DNA of 64,000 nucleotides from Candidatus Binatia bacterium (GTDB lineage Bacteria; Desulfobacterota; Binatia; HRBIN30): NCBI GenBank assembly GCA_937925685.1, contig CALAMI010000008.1, positions 77,518 to 141,517 of the forward strand, read 5' to 3'. Shown piece by piece: positions 49,585 to 59,067 of this stretch (position 1 is its first letter; each line of letters starts with the position of its first letter). The notes under the pieces were generated by a model. It saw only the letters and a program-made list of their open reading frames with translations, ran no database searches and was not told where the DNA came from. The position numbers and the translations under genes were made by a program.

Positions 49585-50865
49585 ATGGCGAGAAACGGGG
49601 AACTCTTAGTCGGTCTTGACATTGGGGCTTCAAAAGCGTCAGTGGTCATCGCAAAACGGGCCCGAGAGGGGCTCGTTGTCGTAGGCCGTGGCTATGCCCC
49701 GCTGGTGTCGGCCGGACACGTGACGTTGAGCGACGCAGTTCGTTACGGTGCCGTGGTCGATCTCGATGCCACGACTCAGGCAGTTCGCGACGCGATCCGT
49801 GAAGCCGAACTGAGCGCAAGTTGCTCCGTCCATAGTGCCATTGTAGCCCTGGGTGGCACCCACATTCGCGGGGTCAATACCCACGCCACGATTGCCCCTC
49901 GGCGGGGCGAGGTCGAGCCCCCGGATGTGGAGCGGGTGCTGAACGCGGCTCGGTCGGTGGCGTTGCCTTCCGGTCGGGTGGTGTTGCACGTGCTGCCGCA
50001 GGAGTACGTGCTCGACCAGCAAGAAAGCATCGTCGACCCGGTTGGTATGGTTGGGGCACGTCTCGAAGCGCGTGTTCATGTGGTGACCGCCTCGGAGTCC
50101 GCAGTTAAAAACGTGGCACGGTGTTGCGAACAGGCCGGTGTGGAACCGGTGGAATTTGTTTGGGCTCCGTTGGCCACGGCCGAGGCAGTTCTGACGGACG
50201 CGGAGAAGGAAGTTGGGGTTGCGTTTTGGGATTTCGGTGCCGGAACCACGGATGTGCTGATTTTCTACCGGAACGCTTTGCGGGAGAGTTTTTCGCTCGG
50301 GTTCGGCGGGAGTTGCATCACCAGAGACGTTGCCTTCGGTTTGCAAACGCCGTTGCACGAAGCCGAGTTCATTAAGTTGCACCACGGCTGTGCCTTGAGC
50401 GTCGCGGTGGAGGATCACGAGAAAGTCGAAGTGCCGGGAGTCGGCAGTCGTCCCTCGCGGTTGATCCCCCGCAGAGAGCTGGCTTGGATGATCGAGGCCC
50501 GAGCTGAGGAAATTGTGCGGTTGCTCTGGAGCAAAGTCCGAGAGCTGGAAGTCGACCGCTATGTGCGCTGCGGCTCGGTCATTGCTGGTGGCGGAGCGAT
50601 GCTGCCGGCCTTAGATCGCCTCGTGCAAGGCGTCACCGGGTTGGAGGCCCGGCTGGGTGCAACCCGGGACAGCCACCGTGGGAACGGAACGGAAGTCTTG
50701 GACGACAAGTTCAGCCGCGATCCAGTGTATGCCACCGCTTTAGGCGTGCTGCTGCTGCGGGCGCGGTGGCTCGATCAGCCGTACGATCGGTTCCTGACAA
50801 GGCGCGGGTGGTGGGAGTGGACGAGGGGCAGGCTTCGCGAGTTTTGGCGGGCATTGTGGGTGTAA
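49585..50865 (+). CDS. ftsA: Cell division protein FtsA
   Basis: Actin-like ATPase: LVGLDIGASK, DFGAGTTDV. Start trimmed to MARNGELLVG. Confidence 0.9.
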   Translation: MARNGELLVGLDIGASKASVVIAKRAREGLVVVGRGYAPLVSAGHVTLSDAVRYGAVVDLDATTQAVRDAIREAELSASCSVHSAIVALGGTHIRGVNTHATIAPRRGEVEPPDVERVLNAARSVALPSGRVVLHVLPQEYVLDQQESIVDPVGMVGARLEARVHVVTASESAVKNVARCCEQAGVEPVEFVWAPLATAEAVLTDAEKEVGVAFWDFGAGTTDVLIFYRNALRESFSLGFGGSCITRDVAFGLQTPLHEAEFIKLHHGCALSVAVEDHEKVEVPGVGSRPSRLIPRRELAWMIEARAEEIVRLLWSKVRELEVDRYVRCGSVIAGGGAMLPALDRLVQGVTGLEARLGATRDSHRGNGTEVLDDKFSRDPVYATALGVLLLRARWLDQPYDRFLTRRGWWEWTRGRLREFWRALWV

Positions 50866-50917
50866 CGGAGTCGGCGGATAAACGCTTGTCGATCAATACT
50901 GCGGGAGGTGCGGTGAC

Positions 50918-52216
50918 ATGTTTGGGTTGGATGAAAGACGCGGTGACAGACAGGAACCGATCGGAGCGAAAATTCGCGTTGTGGCCGTAGGCGGAGGGGG
51001 TGGTCACGCCGTTAACTTGATGGTGCAAAGAAACCTCCAGGGGGTTGAGATAATCGCTTTAAACACCGATGCTCAGGACCTGGCCGCAAACCTGGCGCCG
51101 GTGAAGATCCAGTTGGGGGAGAAACTCACCCGTGGGCTGGGTACGGGGGGCAACGTGGAGCTCGGCCGCGAGGCCGCCGTGGAAGCAAGTGATGTGATTC
51201 GGCGCGCACTGCAAGGCTCAGATCTGGTGTTTATTGCCGCGGGTATGGGCGGTGGCACGGGGACAGGAGCTGCACCAGTGGTGGCGCAAATTGCTCGTGA
51301 ATTAGGAGCCCTGACCGTCGGCATGGTGACTAAACCCTTTGCCTTCGAGGGGGAGACGCGGCGCAAACGAGCGGAGGACGGGATCCGGACGTTGCGGGAG
51401 TTCGTCGACACTTTAATGATCGTTTCCAATGAGCGGCTTGCCAGCGTCGTCGGGGAAAACACCTTCTTCCTGGAAGCGTTCCGCCAGGTCGATGAGGTGC
51501 TGTTCCAGGCGGTTCGAGCCATTGCGGACTTGGTGACAGTCCACGGCTTCATCAACCTTGACTTCGCCGACGTCCGAGCGGTGATGTCGGAAAAGGGGTT
51601 GGCGCTGATGGGATGCGGCTCGGCAACGGGTGAAGATCGTGGAGTTCGTGCGGCCGAAGCAGCAATGAACGGCCCCTTATTAGAAGGGGTCTCCATCCAA
51701 GACGCCCGCGGCGTCCTAATCAATATCACCGGCAGCGCAACGATTACCTTTGGCGAAGTGTACGCTGCCGCAAGTCTGATTCGTCAGCAAGTAAAAGACG
51801 ACGCGAACGTAATTTTTGGCGCGGTGATCGACGAAACCATGGAAGATGAAATTCGGGTCACCGTCGTCGCTACCGGTTTCAAAGACGCCTACATCGAGCG
51901 ACCAGCTGCGGACACACGCAGCCCTCGGTGGGCTCAGACCCCAGGCGCGGCGCATGGAGCGGACGGGAGCCGTACTGCGGTTGCGAAGGAAGAACCTCGG
52001 CGCGAGTCGAGTCACAAACAAAGAGTGTTTGTGGGTTGGGTAGAAGATGGCGACGAGGAGCCCGTGTTTCGCCCATCGTCTGGATCGAGGCGGCGCGTGG
52101 CCGTACCCGACGAACCGCTATCCGAGGAAGCGGAGACTCCTTATTTGTTAAATCGGGATTCCACCGAGAAAGAGGACTTGGACATTCCGGCATTTCTTCG
52201 GCGCAGAGGTGGCTGA
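50918..52216 (+). CDS. ftsZ: Cell division GTPase FtsZ
   Basis: Tubulin signature GGGTGTG and N-terminal IRVVAVGGGGGHAVN. Confidence 0.95.
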   Translation: MFGLDERRGDRQEPIGAKIRVVAVGGGGGHAVNLMVQRNLQGVEIIALNTDAQDLAANLAPVKIQLGEKLTRGLGTGGNVELGREAAVEASDVIRRALQGSDLVFIAAGMGGGTGTGAAPVVAQIARELGALTVGMVTKPFAFEGETRRKRAEDGIRTLREFVDTLMIVSNERLASVVGENTFFLEAFRQVDEVLFQAVRAIADLVTVHGFINLDFADVRAVMSEKGLALMGCGSATGEDRGVRAAEAAMNGPLLEGVSIQDARGVLINITGSATITFGEVYAAASLIRQQVKDDANVIFGAVIDETMEDEIRVTVVATGFKDAYIERPAADTRSPRWAQTPGAAHGADGSRTAVAKEEPRRESSHKQRVFVGWVEDGDEEPVFRPSSGSRRRVAVPDEPLSEEAETPYLLNRDSTEKEDLDIPAFLRRRGG

Positions 52217-52274
52217 AAGGCTGCCTGCCTGGGCGAAGTTGCGTAGCCTGCTCTTGAAGCTATAGCTGGGGCTG

Positions 52275-54059
52275 TTGGTTAGCGCAGAGCAGCCCCTTAT
52301 CCATGGTCCTGCAGAAGGCGGGGTATTCGGCCAGCGCCCAGACGAGGTTTTTTTGTTTCCGAAGAAAAAAGCGGGCGCACTACGAATTTGCCTCTTATAC
52401 CCGAATCAATACCGCGTAGCCATGGGGAGCCTCGGCTTCCAAACTGTGTACAGAATCTTCGACCAGTTTCCGGGCGTCACCTGCGAGCGCGCGTTTCTCC
52501 CGGGGCGAGAAGCCCCCCAGCGGCGTGGCGATCTCAGAACGCTCGAGACGGGAGCGCGCGTTCGTGATTTCGACCTTCTTGCATTTTCCGTGTCGTTCGA
52601 GACAGATTATTGGCACCTTGTCGATCTTCTCGATCGTGCCGGCGTGCCAGTTTGGGCTTCGCAGCGGCGAAGTGGCCCCTTGGTCATTGCGGGCGGTCCG
52701 GCAGTGTTTCTCAACCCAGAGCCTATCGCCAACTTTGTTGACGCCTTTTTGATCGGCGAAGCGGAGGAGATGCTGCCGGAGTTTCTGGGGTTACTTTTCG
52801 ACTGTGGCCTGGAAGATCGCGACCGGTTTCTTCGTGAGGCGGCTAGGCAGATTGGGGGTTGTTATGTGCCTAAGTTTTATCACCCGCAATACGACGGCCC
52901 TCATGTTGTTAGCCTGAACTATGACGGGCCCGGGGAGCCACGGGTTCAACGCCGCATCGTTTATCACTTGGATCGGTACCCAACGACCACAGCTGTGTTG
53001 GCGGCAGGAGCGGTGTTCGGTGACATGGTTTTGGTCGAAGCGAGCCGTGGTTGCCAGTGGGGCTGTCGGTTTTGTGCCGCTGGCTACATGTACCGCCCGT
53101 TGCGAAATCGCTCGGTCAGTCATCTGGCCGATGCCGTGCGGGCGGGATTGCAGCAGCGTAAGACCGTCGGTCTGGTCGGCGCCGAGATGGCTAGCGTCCC
53201 CGGAGTCGCGCATTTGGCTTCCCTCGCAGCCGAGGCCGGGGGGCGGCTGTCTCCCTCTTCGCTCAAGGCGGATTGCGTTACACCTGATCTTGCCAGAGCG
53301 CTCGCCGCCGGAGGTACACGAACGGTGACAGTGGCACCTGAAGCTGGCTCGGAGCGGATGCGGCGGGTGATCAACAAAAACCTAACGGAAGCAGACATCT
53401 TGCGTGCGGCGAACCTATTGGTCGGAGAGGGAGTTCCGGACCTAAAGCTCTATTTCATGTTTGGCCTGCCCGGGGAAGAGTGGGAGGACGTCGAAGCGAT
53501 TGGAGAACTGGTGGAAAAAATCCATGCGAAGTTGCGGGACAAAGAAGGTCGCCGCAGCCGTGTGGGAAAAATCACGGTGTCGGCAAATCCCTTCGTACCC
53601 AAGCCGTGGACGCCTTTTCAATGGGACCCAATGATGAGAATTCCAGAACTTCGGCAGCGCGCGCGCACACTGGAGAAGATGTTAACCAAGCTTCCTGGTG
53701 TGCGGTTCGCCTGCGAGTCTCCTCGGGAGTCATATTACCAAACGCTTTTGTCTCGAGGCGACCGCCGTGTGGCTTCGTTCATCTTTGCGGTTCGGCAATC
53801 GGGAGGAGATTGGTGGGGGGTGATTCGGGCGTGGGCGCGTCAAGACCTAAGTTCGGCTCCTTGGGCGCAGGATGGTCCACCGCCGGACGCTTACGTTTAC
53901 CGCAGGTACGAGGAAGACGAACTGCTCCCCTGGGACTTCATCGATCATCGCGTCAGCAAAGCGTATTTGCGTAACGAGCGGCGCAAGGCTTACAGTGGGC
54001 TGCAGACGCCGCCGTGCGACACGACGAGTTGTCGGACCTGTGGAGCATGCCCCGCATGA
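52275..54059 (+). CDS. Radical SAM protein with N-terminal B12-binding-like domain (TIGR03960-like family)
   Basis: LRICLLYPNQYRVAMGSLGFQTVYRIF N-terminal signature and the CxxxCxxC cluster (ASRGCQWGCRFCAAGY). Confidence 0.8.
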   Translation: MVSAEQPLIHGPAEGGVFGQRPDEVFLFPKKKAGALRICLLYPNQYRVAMGSLGFQTVYRIFDQFPGVTCERAFLPGREAPQRRGDLRTLETGARVRDFDLLAFSVSFETDYWHLVDLLDRAGVPVWASQRRSGPLVIAGGPAVFLNPEPIANFVDAFLIGEAEEMLPEFLGLLFDCGLEDRDRFLREAARQIGGCYVPKFYHPQYDGPHVVSLNYDGPGEPRVQRRIVYHLDRYPTTTAVLAAGAVFGDMVLVEASRGCQWGCRFCAAGYMYRPLRNRSVSHLADAVRAGLQQRKTVGLVGAEMASVPGVAHLASLAAEAGGRLSPSSLKADCVTPDLARALAAGGTRTVTVAPEAGSERMRRVINKNLTEADILRAANLLVGEGVPDLKLYFMFGLPGEEWEDVEAIGELVEKIHAKLRDKEGRRSRVGKITVSANPFVPKPWTPFQWDPMMRIPELRQRARTLEKMLTKLPGVRFACESPRESYYQTLLSRGDRRVASFIFAVRQSGGDWWGVIRAWARQDLSSAPWAQDGPPPDAYVYRRYEEDELLPWDFIDHRVSKAYLRNERRKAYSGLQTPPCDTTSCRTCGACPA

Positions 54060-54427
54060 TTGTTGGCATCGGGGTTGATATCACCGAGGTCAGTCGTATT
54101 GCCGCCATGTTGTCTCACCCGAGGCGGGGCGAGCGTTTTCGGGTGAAGGTGTTTACCCCAGCAGAAATTGCTTACTGTGAACGCCGGCGCCACGCGCCGC
54201 AAAGCTACGCAGCGAGGTTCGCCGCGAAAGAAGCGACGATGAAGGCCTTGGGTTCCTTCGTTCCCTGGCGTGATGTCGAGATAGTTCGCTGTGGTTCTGG
54301 CCCACCCTGCTTGTACCTTCACGGCCGTGCGGCCGAGCACGCAAGGGAACTCGGAATTACCCGCTGGTCACTCGCCTTGACCCATGCCGCCAATCTGGCC
54401 CTGGCCTGGGTGATCGGTGAGCGTTGA
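54056..54427 (+). CDS. acpS: Holo-[acyl-carrier-protein] synthase
   Basis: MIVGIGVDITEVSRI...FTPAEIAYC...EAAMKALG. Start overlaps the radical SAM stop. Confidence 0.85.
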   Translation: MIVGIGVDITEVSRIAAMLSHPRRGERFRVKVFTPAEIAYCERRRHAPQSYAARFAAKEATMKALGSFVPWRDVEIVRCGSGPPCLYLHGRAAEHARELGITRWSLALTHAANLALAWVIGER

Positions 54428-54684
54428 CCCTTCGACACTGGAGGTCTTGCCTTCCCGTTGGCGTGTGACCGCTAGCAGGAAGACGACAGCCCAAAAGCCC
54501 GTCAAAAAACCGAGAGCTGTCCAAAAATTCTTCGAATAGCCGTTGTTCTTGGCGAAGACCCAGCAGAGGATGGCGTCGAGAACGTGGATCGTCACCACCG
54601 TTGGCCAGAAATGTTCCCCGCCGAGCTGCGGGACAAGGAAACGGATCCCCGTACTATAGGCAACGATGGTCTCAAGATCGCTCA
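54368..54684 (-). CDS. Possible small 2-TM membrane protein (GTG start), low confidence
   Basis: C-terminal 105 aa of the 221-aa minus-strand ORF form two hydrophobic helices (WPTVVTIHVLDAILCWVFA / FWTALGFLTGFWAVVFLLAV). The upstream part of that ORF is antisense to the phasin-like gene and is probably not coding. No clear RBS. Confidence 0.25.
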
Positions 54685-54769
54685 CGGAATCACGGTTGTA
54701 CTTGAGGCTACGCCGAGAGCGGAGGTAATGCAATGATCGGTTGACCCGCAGTGGATTCTCACGATATGC

Positions 54770-55123
54770 ATGGAGCTCATGTCGGCAAAGTCTCAGCGTC
54801 AGGTGAAAAGCGTTCTTGATTGGCTTCTCAGCCAGGGTGAGGCGACCTTGAACCAAGTGATCGAAGAGCTGCTCCGCCGTCCCGCGGTGAGTGAGCAAAT
54901 CGGCAAAGTATTGCAGCGAGCTGCAAAGACCAAAGGCCGTGTCGACCGAAACGTCGAGGCGTTGTTGCACCTCCTCAATCTTCCTAGTCGGTCCGACCTG
55001 GAAAAGTTGCGCACCAAGTTGGATACACTCCAAGGCAGCTTGGTCAATCTCAACATCAAGCTAGATCGCTTACTCGCCGCGCAAGAAGTTCAGGGACCGA
55101 GGAAGGGGAAGTCCGGGAAGTAG
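54770..55123 (+). CDS. Phasin-family (PHA-granule-associated-like) coiled-coil protein
   Basis: C-terminal LNLPSRSDLEKLRTKLDTLQGSLVNL resembles the conserved LNLPTRxDVExLxxRIDEL phasin motif. Small and alpha-helical. Confidence 0.55.
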   Translation: MELMSAKSQRQVKSVLDWLLSQGEATLNQVIEELLRRPAVSEQIGKVLQRAAKTKGRVDRNVEALLHLLNLPSRSDLEKLRTKLDTLQGSLVNLNIKLDRLLAAQEVQGPRKGKSGK

Positions 55124-55162
55124 TGGGTTCGGCTTTGGCAAAAGGAGCAGAGAGTCCGACTC

Positions 55163-56278
55163 TCACGAGCGGTTTGGGACGTTCACCAGGTGCCGTGCCA
55201 TTGCGCGCAGAGCGGGGATAGAGGTCGGCGGGCTCGGCTGCATCGGCACCGTGGCCAAGACCGGTAGATCGACATGCTGAGCGAGGGCCCAGAGTGCTTG
55301 CACGTCGCGCGCGCTACGCTCCGCTAGGACTACATAGTTGTTCCACAGGCGCCGCAGGAAAGGATCGTTCGTCTGGGGTTTGAGCCGCTCTTGCTTGGTA
55401 AAGCAATGAACTCGGTTCGCGATAATGCCCGCAATCGGGTAACCCCCAGCCCGAAGTTCCGTGGCAAGTTCTCGGGCGACTGCAAGGGTCGGAGGTTCGG
55501 GCGTTGTCACGAGGAGAAAGGCAGTGTGCTCAGCCCTCAACAGCCGTGAGGTTCGTTCTGCACGGTCGGCAAAGCGTTGCAACATGGGCTCAAAGCCGCC
55601 GATGAAATCAGCTAAATCCTTGAGCAACGGTAGCCCGCTCCAACGTTGCAGTGCCTCGAGGAGAACGCGAAAAAAGTAGCGAGCAGTGCGCGACGGTGCT
55701 GTCTCCACCAGGACCCCAGGCGTTTGCAAGAGGCGAACAGCACGCGACGCCAGTAAGGTGAGCAACCGATTGGGCGCGGCCAGCAGGTCGCGAATGTGTG
55801 CGCTGGGAGGTGTGTCGACAACCAGGACGTCGTAGGCGGCACCCCAAACGAGGTCGTGCAGCTTTTCCATCGCCATGTATTCCGCAGAGCCAGCAAGTTC
55901 ATTGGAGAGCTCGCGGTAGAGGCGGTTCGTAAAGATTCGTTGAGCAATGTCCGGACCCGGAGCAAAGCGCTCCACGAGCTCATCGAACATCCGCTTGGTG
56001 TCCAGAGCGAGGGCGTCGAACCAGCGAGCGGAACCGTTCACGACGATGCGGTGAGGCTCGTGCGACAGATGATCGAGACCAAGAGCGGTCTTGAGACGTT
56101 GTGCCGGATCCACGGTGAGCACCGCGGCCTTGCGCCCGAGTAAAGCCGCACTCACAGCCAGGGCTGCAGCTGTTGTGGTTTTGCCCACGCCGCCGCATCC
56201 GACACAGATGATGAGTTGCTTGCTGCGCAACAGTGCGTGGAGAGAACGAAGAGAGCTGCTGTCCTTAGTGAGTTGCAT
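55163..56278 (-). CDS. ArsA/GET3-family P-loop ATPase (single-domain), copy 2 of an adjacent pair
   Basis: Deviant Walker A CVGCGGVGKTTTAAALA and ArsA-like architecture. The start Met overlaps the upstream ArsA-like gene by about 14 nt. Confidence 0.8.
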   Translation of the reverse strand: MQLTKDSSSLRSLHALLRSKQLIICVGCGGVGKTTTAAALAVSAALLGRKAAVLTVDPAQRLKTALGLDHLSHEPHRIVVNGSARWFDALALDTKRMFDELVERFAPGPDIAQRIFTNRLYRELSNELAGSAEYMAMEKLHDLVWGAAYDVLVVDTPPSAHIRDLLAAPNRLLTLLASRAVRLLQTPGVLVETAPSRTARYFFRVLLEALQRWSGLPLLKDLADFIGGFEPMLQRFADRAERTSRLLRAEHTAFLLVTTPEPPTLAVARELATELRAGGYPIAGIIANRVHCFTKQERLKPQTNDPFLRRLWNNYVVLAERSARDVQALWALAQHVDLPVLATVPMQPSPPTSIPALRAMARHLVNVPNRS

Positions 56279-57224
56279 GGGTCCTAGACCCTGATGGTTT
56301 CGTCCCCCAGCCCGCATCGGTGAACAGCTCTGCCAACAAACGTCGGCCCCAGCGACAGAGGTCGCTAGGGGTGATTACCCCGGAGAACGCCTCGGGAACC
56401 AGGGCCGGCACCTTGCCCGTGCCACGGCGCAAGGCCCTTGCATGCCGCTCGGCTTCCTGTCGCATAGCGATGGCATAGCGGGCTGCTTCGAAGAGCGGGC
56501 CGCCATCCTCGTGCCGGGCGATCTTTTCTATCTCGCTCCGGGAGAATCTTCGGGGAAAGACCCGGTTGATGATGGGACGGCTCAGCGGCAAGAACAGCTC
56601 TTGGCGCAACACAGCCCACGTCTCTAGCGTTTCCGTGACGGCAAGCTCCTCGGCGAGACTAACTGGGACCACGACACAGCGATCGGGATTGGTCAGCAAC
56701 GATTCAAGGTGGAGGGCTGCGTGCCGCAGTGGACCGGCAACGACGAGACCGAGCAGTTGTCGAGGAACCCGAAGGAGTTTGCGCATGTGGCCACTCGCTG
56801 GTCCGTCGACAATAACGAGGTCGAAGCGTTGCCGCCGTTGCCAGAAGGAGGCGTCGACCCAAGTGGAGACGTGCTCGAGGAGGAGAAACTCCACGATTCC
56901 CGGAGCTGCGTCCGCCAGCGCGCGAAAGCTTGCACTATCCAACAAACGGTTCGTCAATAGCGGGATTCTCAGGAGCCGGGAGAAGTAGTCTCGCACCAAA
57001 TGTTGCGGATCCACGGCTACGGCGGCCAGCCGATCGGCGATCCAGCACGGTTTCGAGTCCAGTTTTTCGATCTGGAACAATCGCGCTAGGCTTCCATCTG
57101 CCGCCGTTTCGATCATTAGAGTGCGGCTGCCAGCGCCCGCGGCTGCCAAACCGAGTGCGGCAGTGATAGTTGTCTTGCCAACTCCACCTTTTCCAGTCAC
57201 AAAAATGACGCGCCCCGCGGCCAC
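56265..57224 (-). CDS. ArsA/GET3-family P-loop ATPase (single-domain), copy 1 of an adjacent pair
   Basis: Deviant Walker A VTGKGGVGKTTITAALGLAAA and collinear similarity to the downstream copy. Confidence 0.75.
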   Translation of the reverse strand: MAAGRVIFVTGKGGVGKTTITAALGLAAAGAGSRTLMIETAADGSLARLFQIEKLDSKPCWIADRLAAVAVDPQHLVRDYFSRLLRIPLLTNRLLDSASFRALADAAPGIVEFLLLEHVSTWVDASFWQRRQRFDLVIVDGPASGHMRKLLRVPRQLLGLVVAGPLRHAALHLESLLTNPDRCVVVPVSLAEELAVTETLETWAVLRQELFLPLSRPIINRVFPRRFSRSEIEKIARHEDGGPLFEAARYAIAMRQEAERHARALRRGTGKVPALVPEAFSGVITPSDLCRWGRRLLAELFTDAGWGTKPSGSRTHATH

Positions 57225-57544
57225 GCCCCCAATCCTAGCTAGCCGAAGGGTTGAGAGCTAGGACCTCGCACAAACGGCACCGCCGTCAGGGGCCTTAAAG
57301 GGCCGGCGTCACGTTCTGCTAGTTCCACGTCGCTGGCAACGTATTCTTGGCATTGCATGCGGTGTGGTTTTGGCTGATGAGCTACGAAAACCAGCCTGCC
57401 CCTGTGGCACGAGGTTCTTTTGCTGGGTCTCCCGATCAAAATTCTCGAAAAGCTCGAAAAACGTCACGCTCTGCAGTATGGGTGCGGCCCTCAGCATGAG
57501 AGGATCATGAAACACATTGTCGGAGTTTGGCAGGAGCAAACAGA

Positions 57545-59020
57545 ATGACGCGTGCTGTCGTCGCCATCGATCAAGGGACCACGGGAACGACCGTCTTGGT
57601 GTTCGATGAATCGGGTAGGCTCCGGGGCAAAGCCTACCGGGAATTTGCCCAGCATTACCCTCGAGCTGGCTGGGTGGAACATGACGCGGAAGAAATTTGG
57701 CAGTCGACCGTGAGCACTTTGCGCCGGGCATTGCGGGCGGCCAGGGTCCAGCCGAAGCAGGTTGGCGCTGTGGGAATCACCAATCAACGCGAGACGACGG
57801 TGATCTGGGATCGCCGCACGGGTCGGCCTCTGCACCGGGCGATCGTGTGGCAAGACCGGCGTACGACCGCGCGTTGCGAAGAGCTACGCTCGCAAGGGCT
57901 AGCGGAAGAAATCCGCATGCGTACCGGTCTGGTTCTCGATCCGTATTTCTCGGCCACGAAAATCGAGTGGTTGTTCGCCCACGGGTTGGCCCGACGGCAC
58001 AAGAACATAGCAGTAGGCACGGTAGACTCTTGGTTGGTGTGGAAGCTGACCAATGGAGCAGCCCATGTGACCGATTTTACGAACGCCTCCCGAACCATGC
58101 TGTTCCACTTACAGGATCGGCAATGGGACCCGTTCTTGCTCGACTTGTTCCATGTGCCACTCGAGGTGTTGCCGCAACTGGTGCCTTCGGCCGGAGTCAT
58201 TGGCACGACGTCGCGCGCCGTTTTCGGTGCCGAGGTGCCCATTGCCGGAATTGCCGGCGATCAGCAAGCTGCCTTGTTCGGGCAAGCGTGTGTGCAGCCC
58301 GGGATGGTGAAAAACACTTACGGCACGGGCTGTTTTCTCCTCATGCACACGGGCCAAAAGCCTGTGTATTCACCGCGGGGTTTGTTAACGACCGTGGCGT
58401 GCGATCCTACTGGTGGCCCCGCTTACGCCCTGGAGGGTTCGATTTTCATCGCTGGTGCAGCCATCCAGTGGCTGCGCGATGGGCTCGGTATGATCCGCCG
58501 AGCAGGCGAGACCGAAGCGATCGCACGGCAGGTGGACTCGACACTGGGCGTCTACTTCGTTCCGGCATTCGTGGGCTTAGGGGCTCCGTATTGGGACCCC
58601 AGCGCCCGGGGAGCAATCTTCGGGCTGACACGAGGCACCACTAAGGCACATTTGGTTCGCGCCGCCCTTGAAGCTCTAGCGTACCAAACTCGCGACGTCG
58701 TAGACACGATGGTGGCCGATTCGGGTCAGCCACTGCAGGTGTTACGGGTGGATGGCGGCGCGGCCGAAAACGACTTCCTCCTGCAATTTCAGGCAGACCT
58801 GCTGGCCGTGCCCGTGGATCGCCCAAAGCTCGTGGAGACTACTGCTTTAGGAGCAGCGTTTCTGGCTGGCCTTGGTGTTGGCCTGTGGAAGCCCGCGCAG
58901 CTGGAGCGGCTGCGTGTGCGCGATCGCGTGTTTCGCCCCCGAATGCGCGGAGAGCAGCGCGAGCTTCTTTACCAGGGCTGGCGCCGCGCCGTGGCTGCAG
59001 TCCGTTCCCTTGCAAGCTAA
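57545..59020 (+). CDS. glpK: Glycerol kinase
   Basis: AIDQGTTGTTVLVFDE...ITNQRETTVIWDRRTGRP...GTSCFLLMHTG signatures of FGGY-family glycerol kinase. Confidence 0.9.
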   Translation: MTRAVVAIDQGTTGTTVLVFDESGRLRGKAYREFAQHYPRAGWVEHDAEEIWQSTVSTLRRALRAARVQPKQVGAVGITNQRETTVIWDRRTGRPLHRAIVWQDRRTTARCEELRSQGLAEEIRMRTGLVLDPYFSATKIEWLFAHGLARRHKNIAVGTVDSWLVWKLTNGAAHVTDFTNASRTMLFHLQDRQWDPFLLDLFHVPLEVLPQLVPSAGVIGTTSRAVFGAEVPIAGIAGDQQAALFGQACVQPGMVKNTYGTGCFLLMHTGQKPVYSPRGLLTTVACDPTGGPAYALEGSIFIAGAAIQWLRDGLGMIRRAGETEAIARQVDSTLGVYFVPAFVGLGAPYWDPSARGAIFGLTRGTTKAHLVRAALEALAYQTRDVVDTMVADSGQPLQVLRVDGGAAENDFLLQFQADLLAVPVDRPKLVETTALGAAFLAGLGVGLWKPAQLERLRVRDRVFRPRMRGEQRELLYQGWRRAVAAVRSLAS

Positions 59021-59067
59021 AGGGGTACTCTCGACGTACCGATCACCTGGTGTTTTCACTGCTGGCC

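Noticed and set aside
54685..55033. Upstream two-thirds of the 221-aa minus-strand ORF 54368..55033
   Set aside because: It is antisense to the phasin-like gene. Its Leu/Arg-rich composition is typical of reverse-frame translation of a coiled-coil gene. Only the C-terminal 2-TM portion is retained, as a low-confidence feature.
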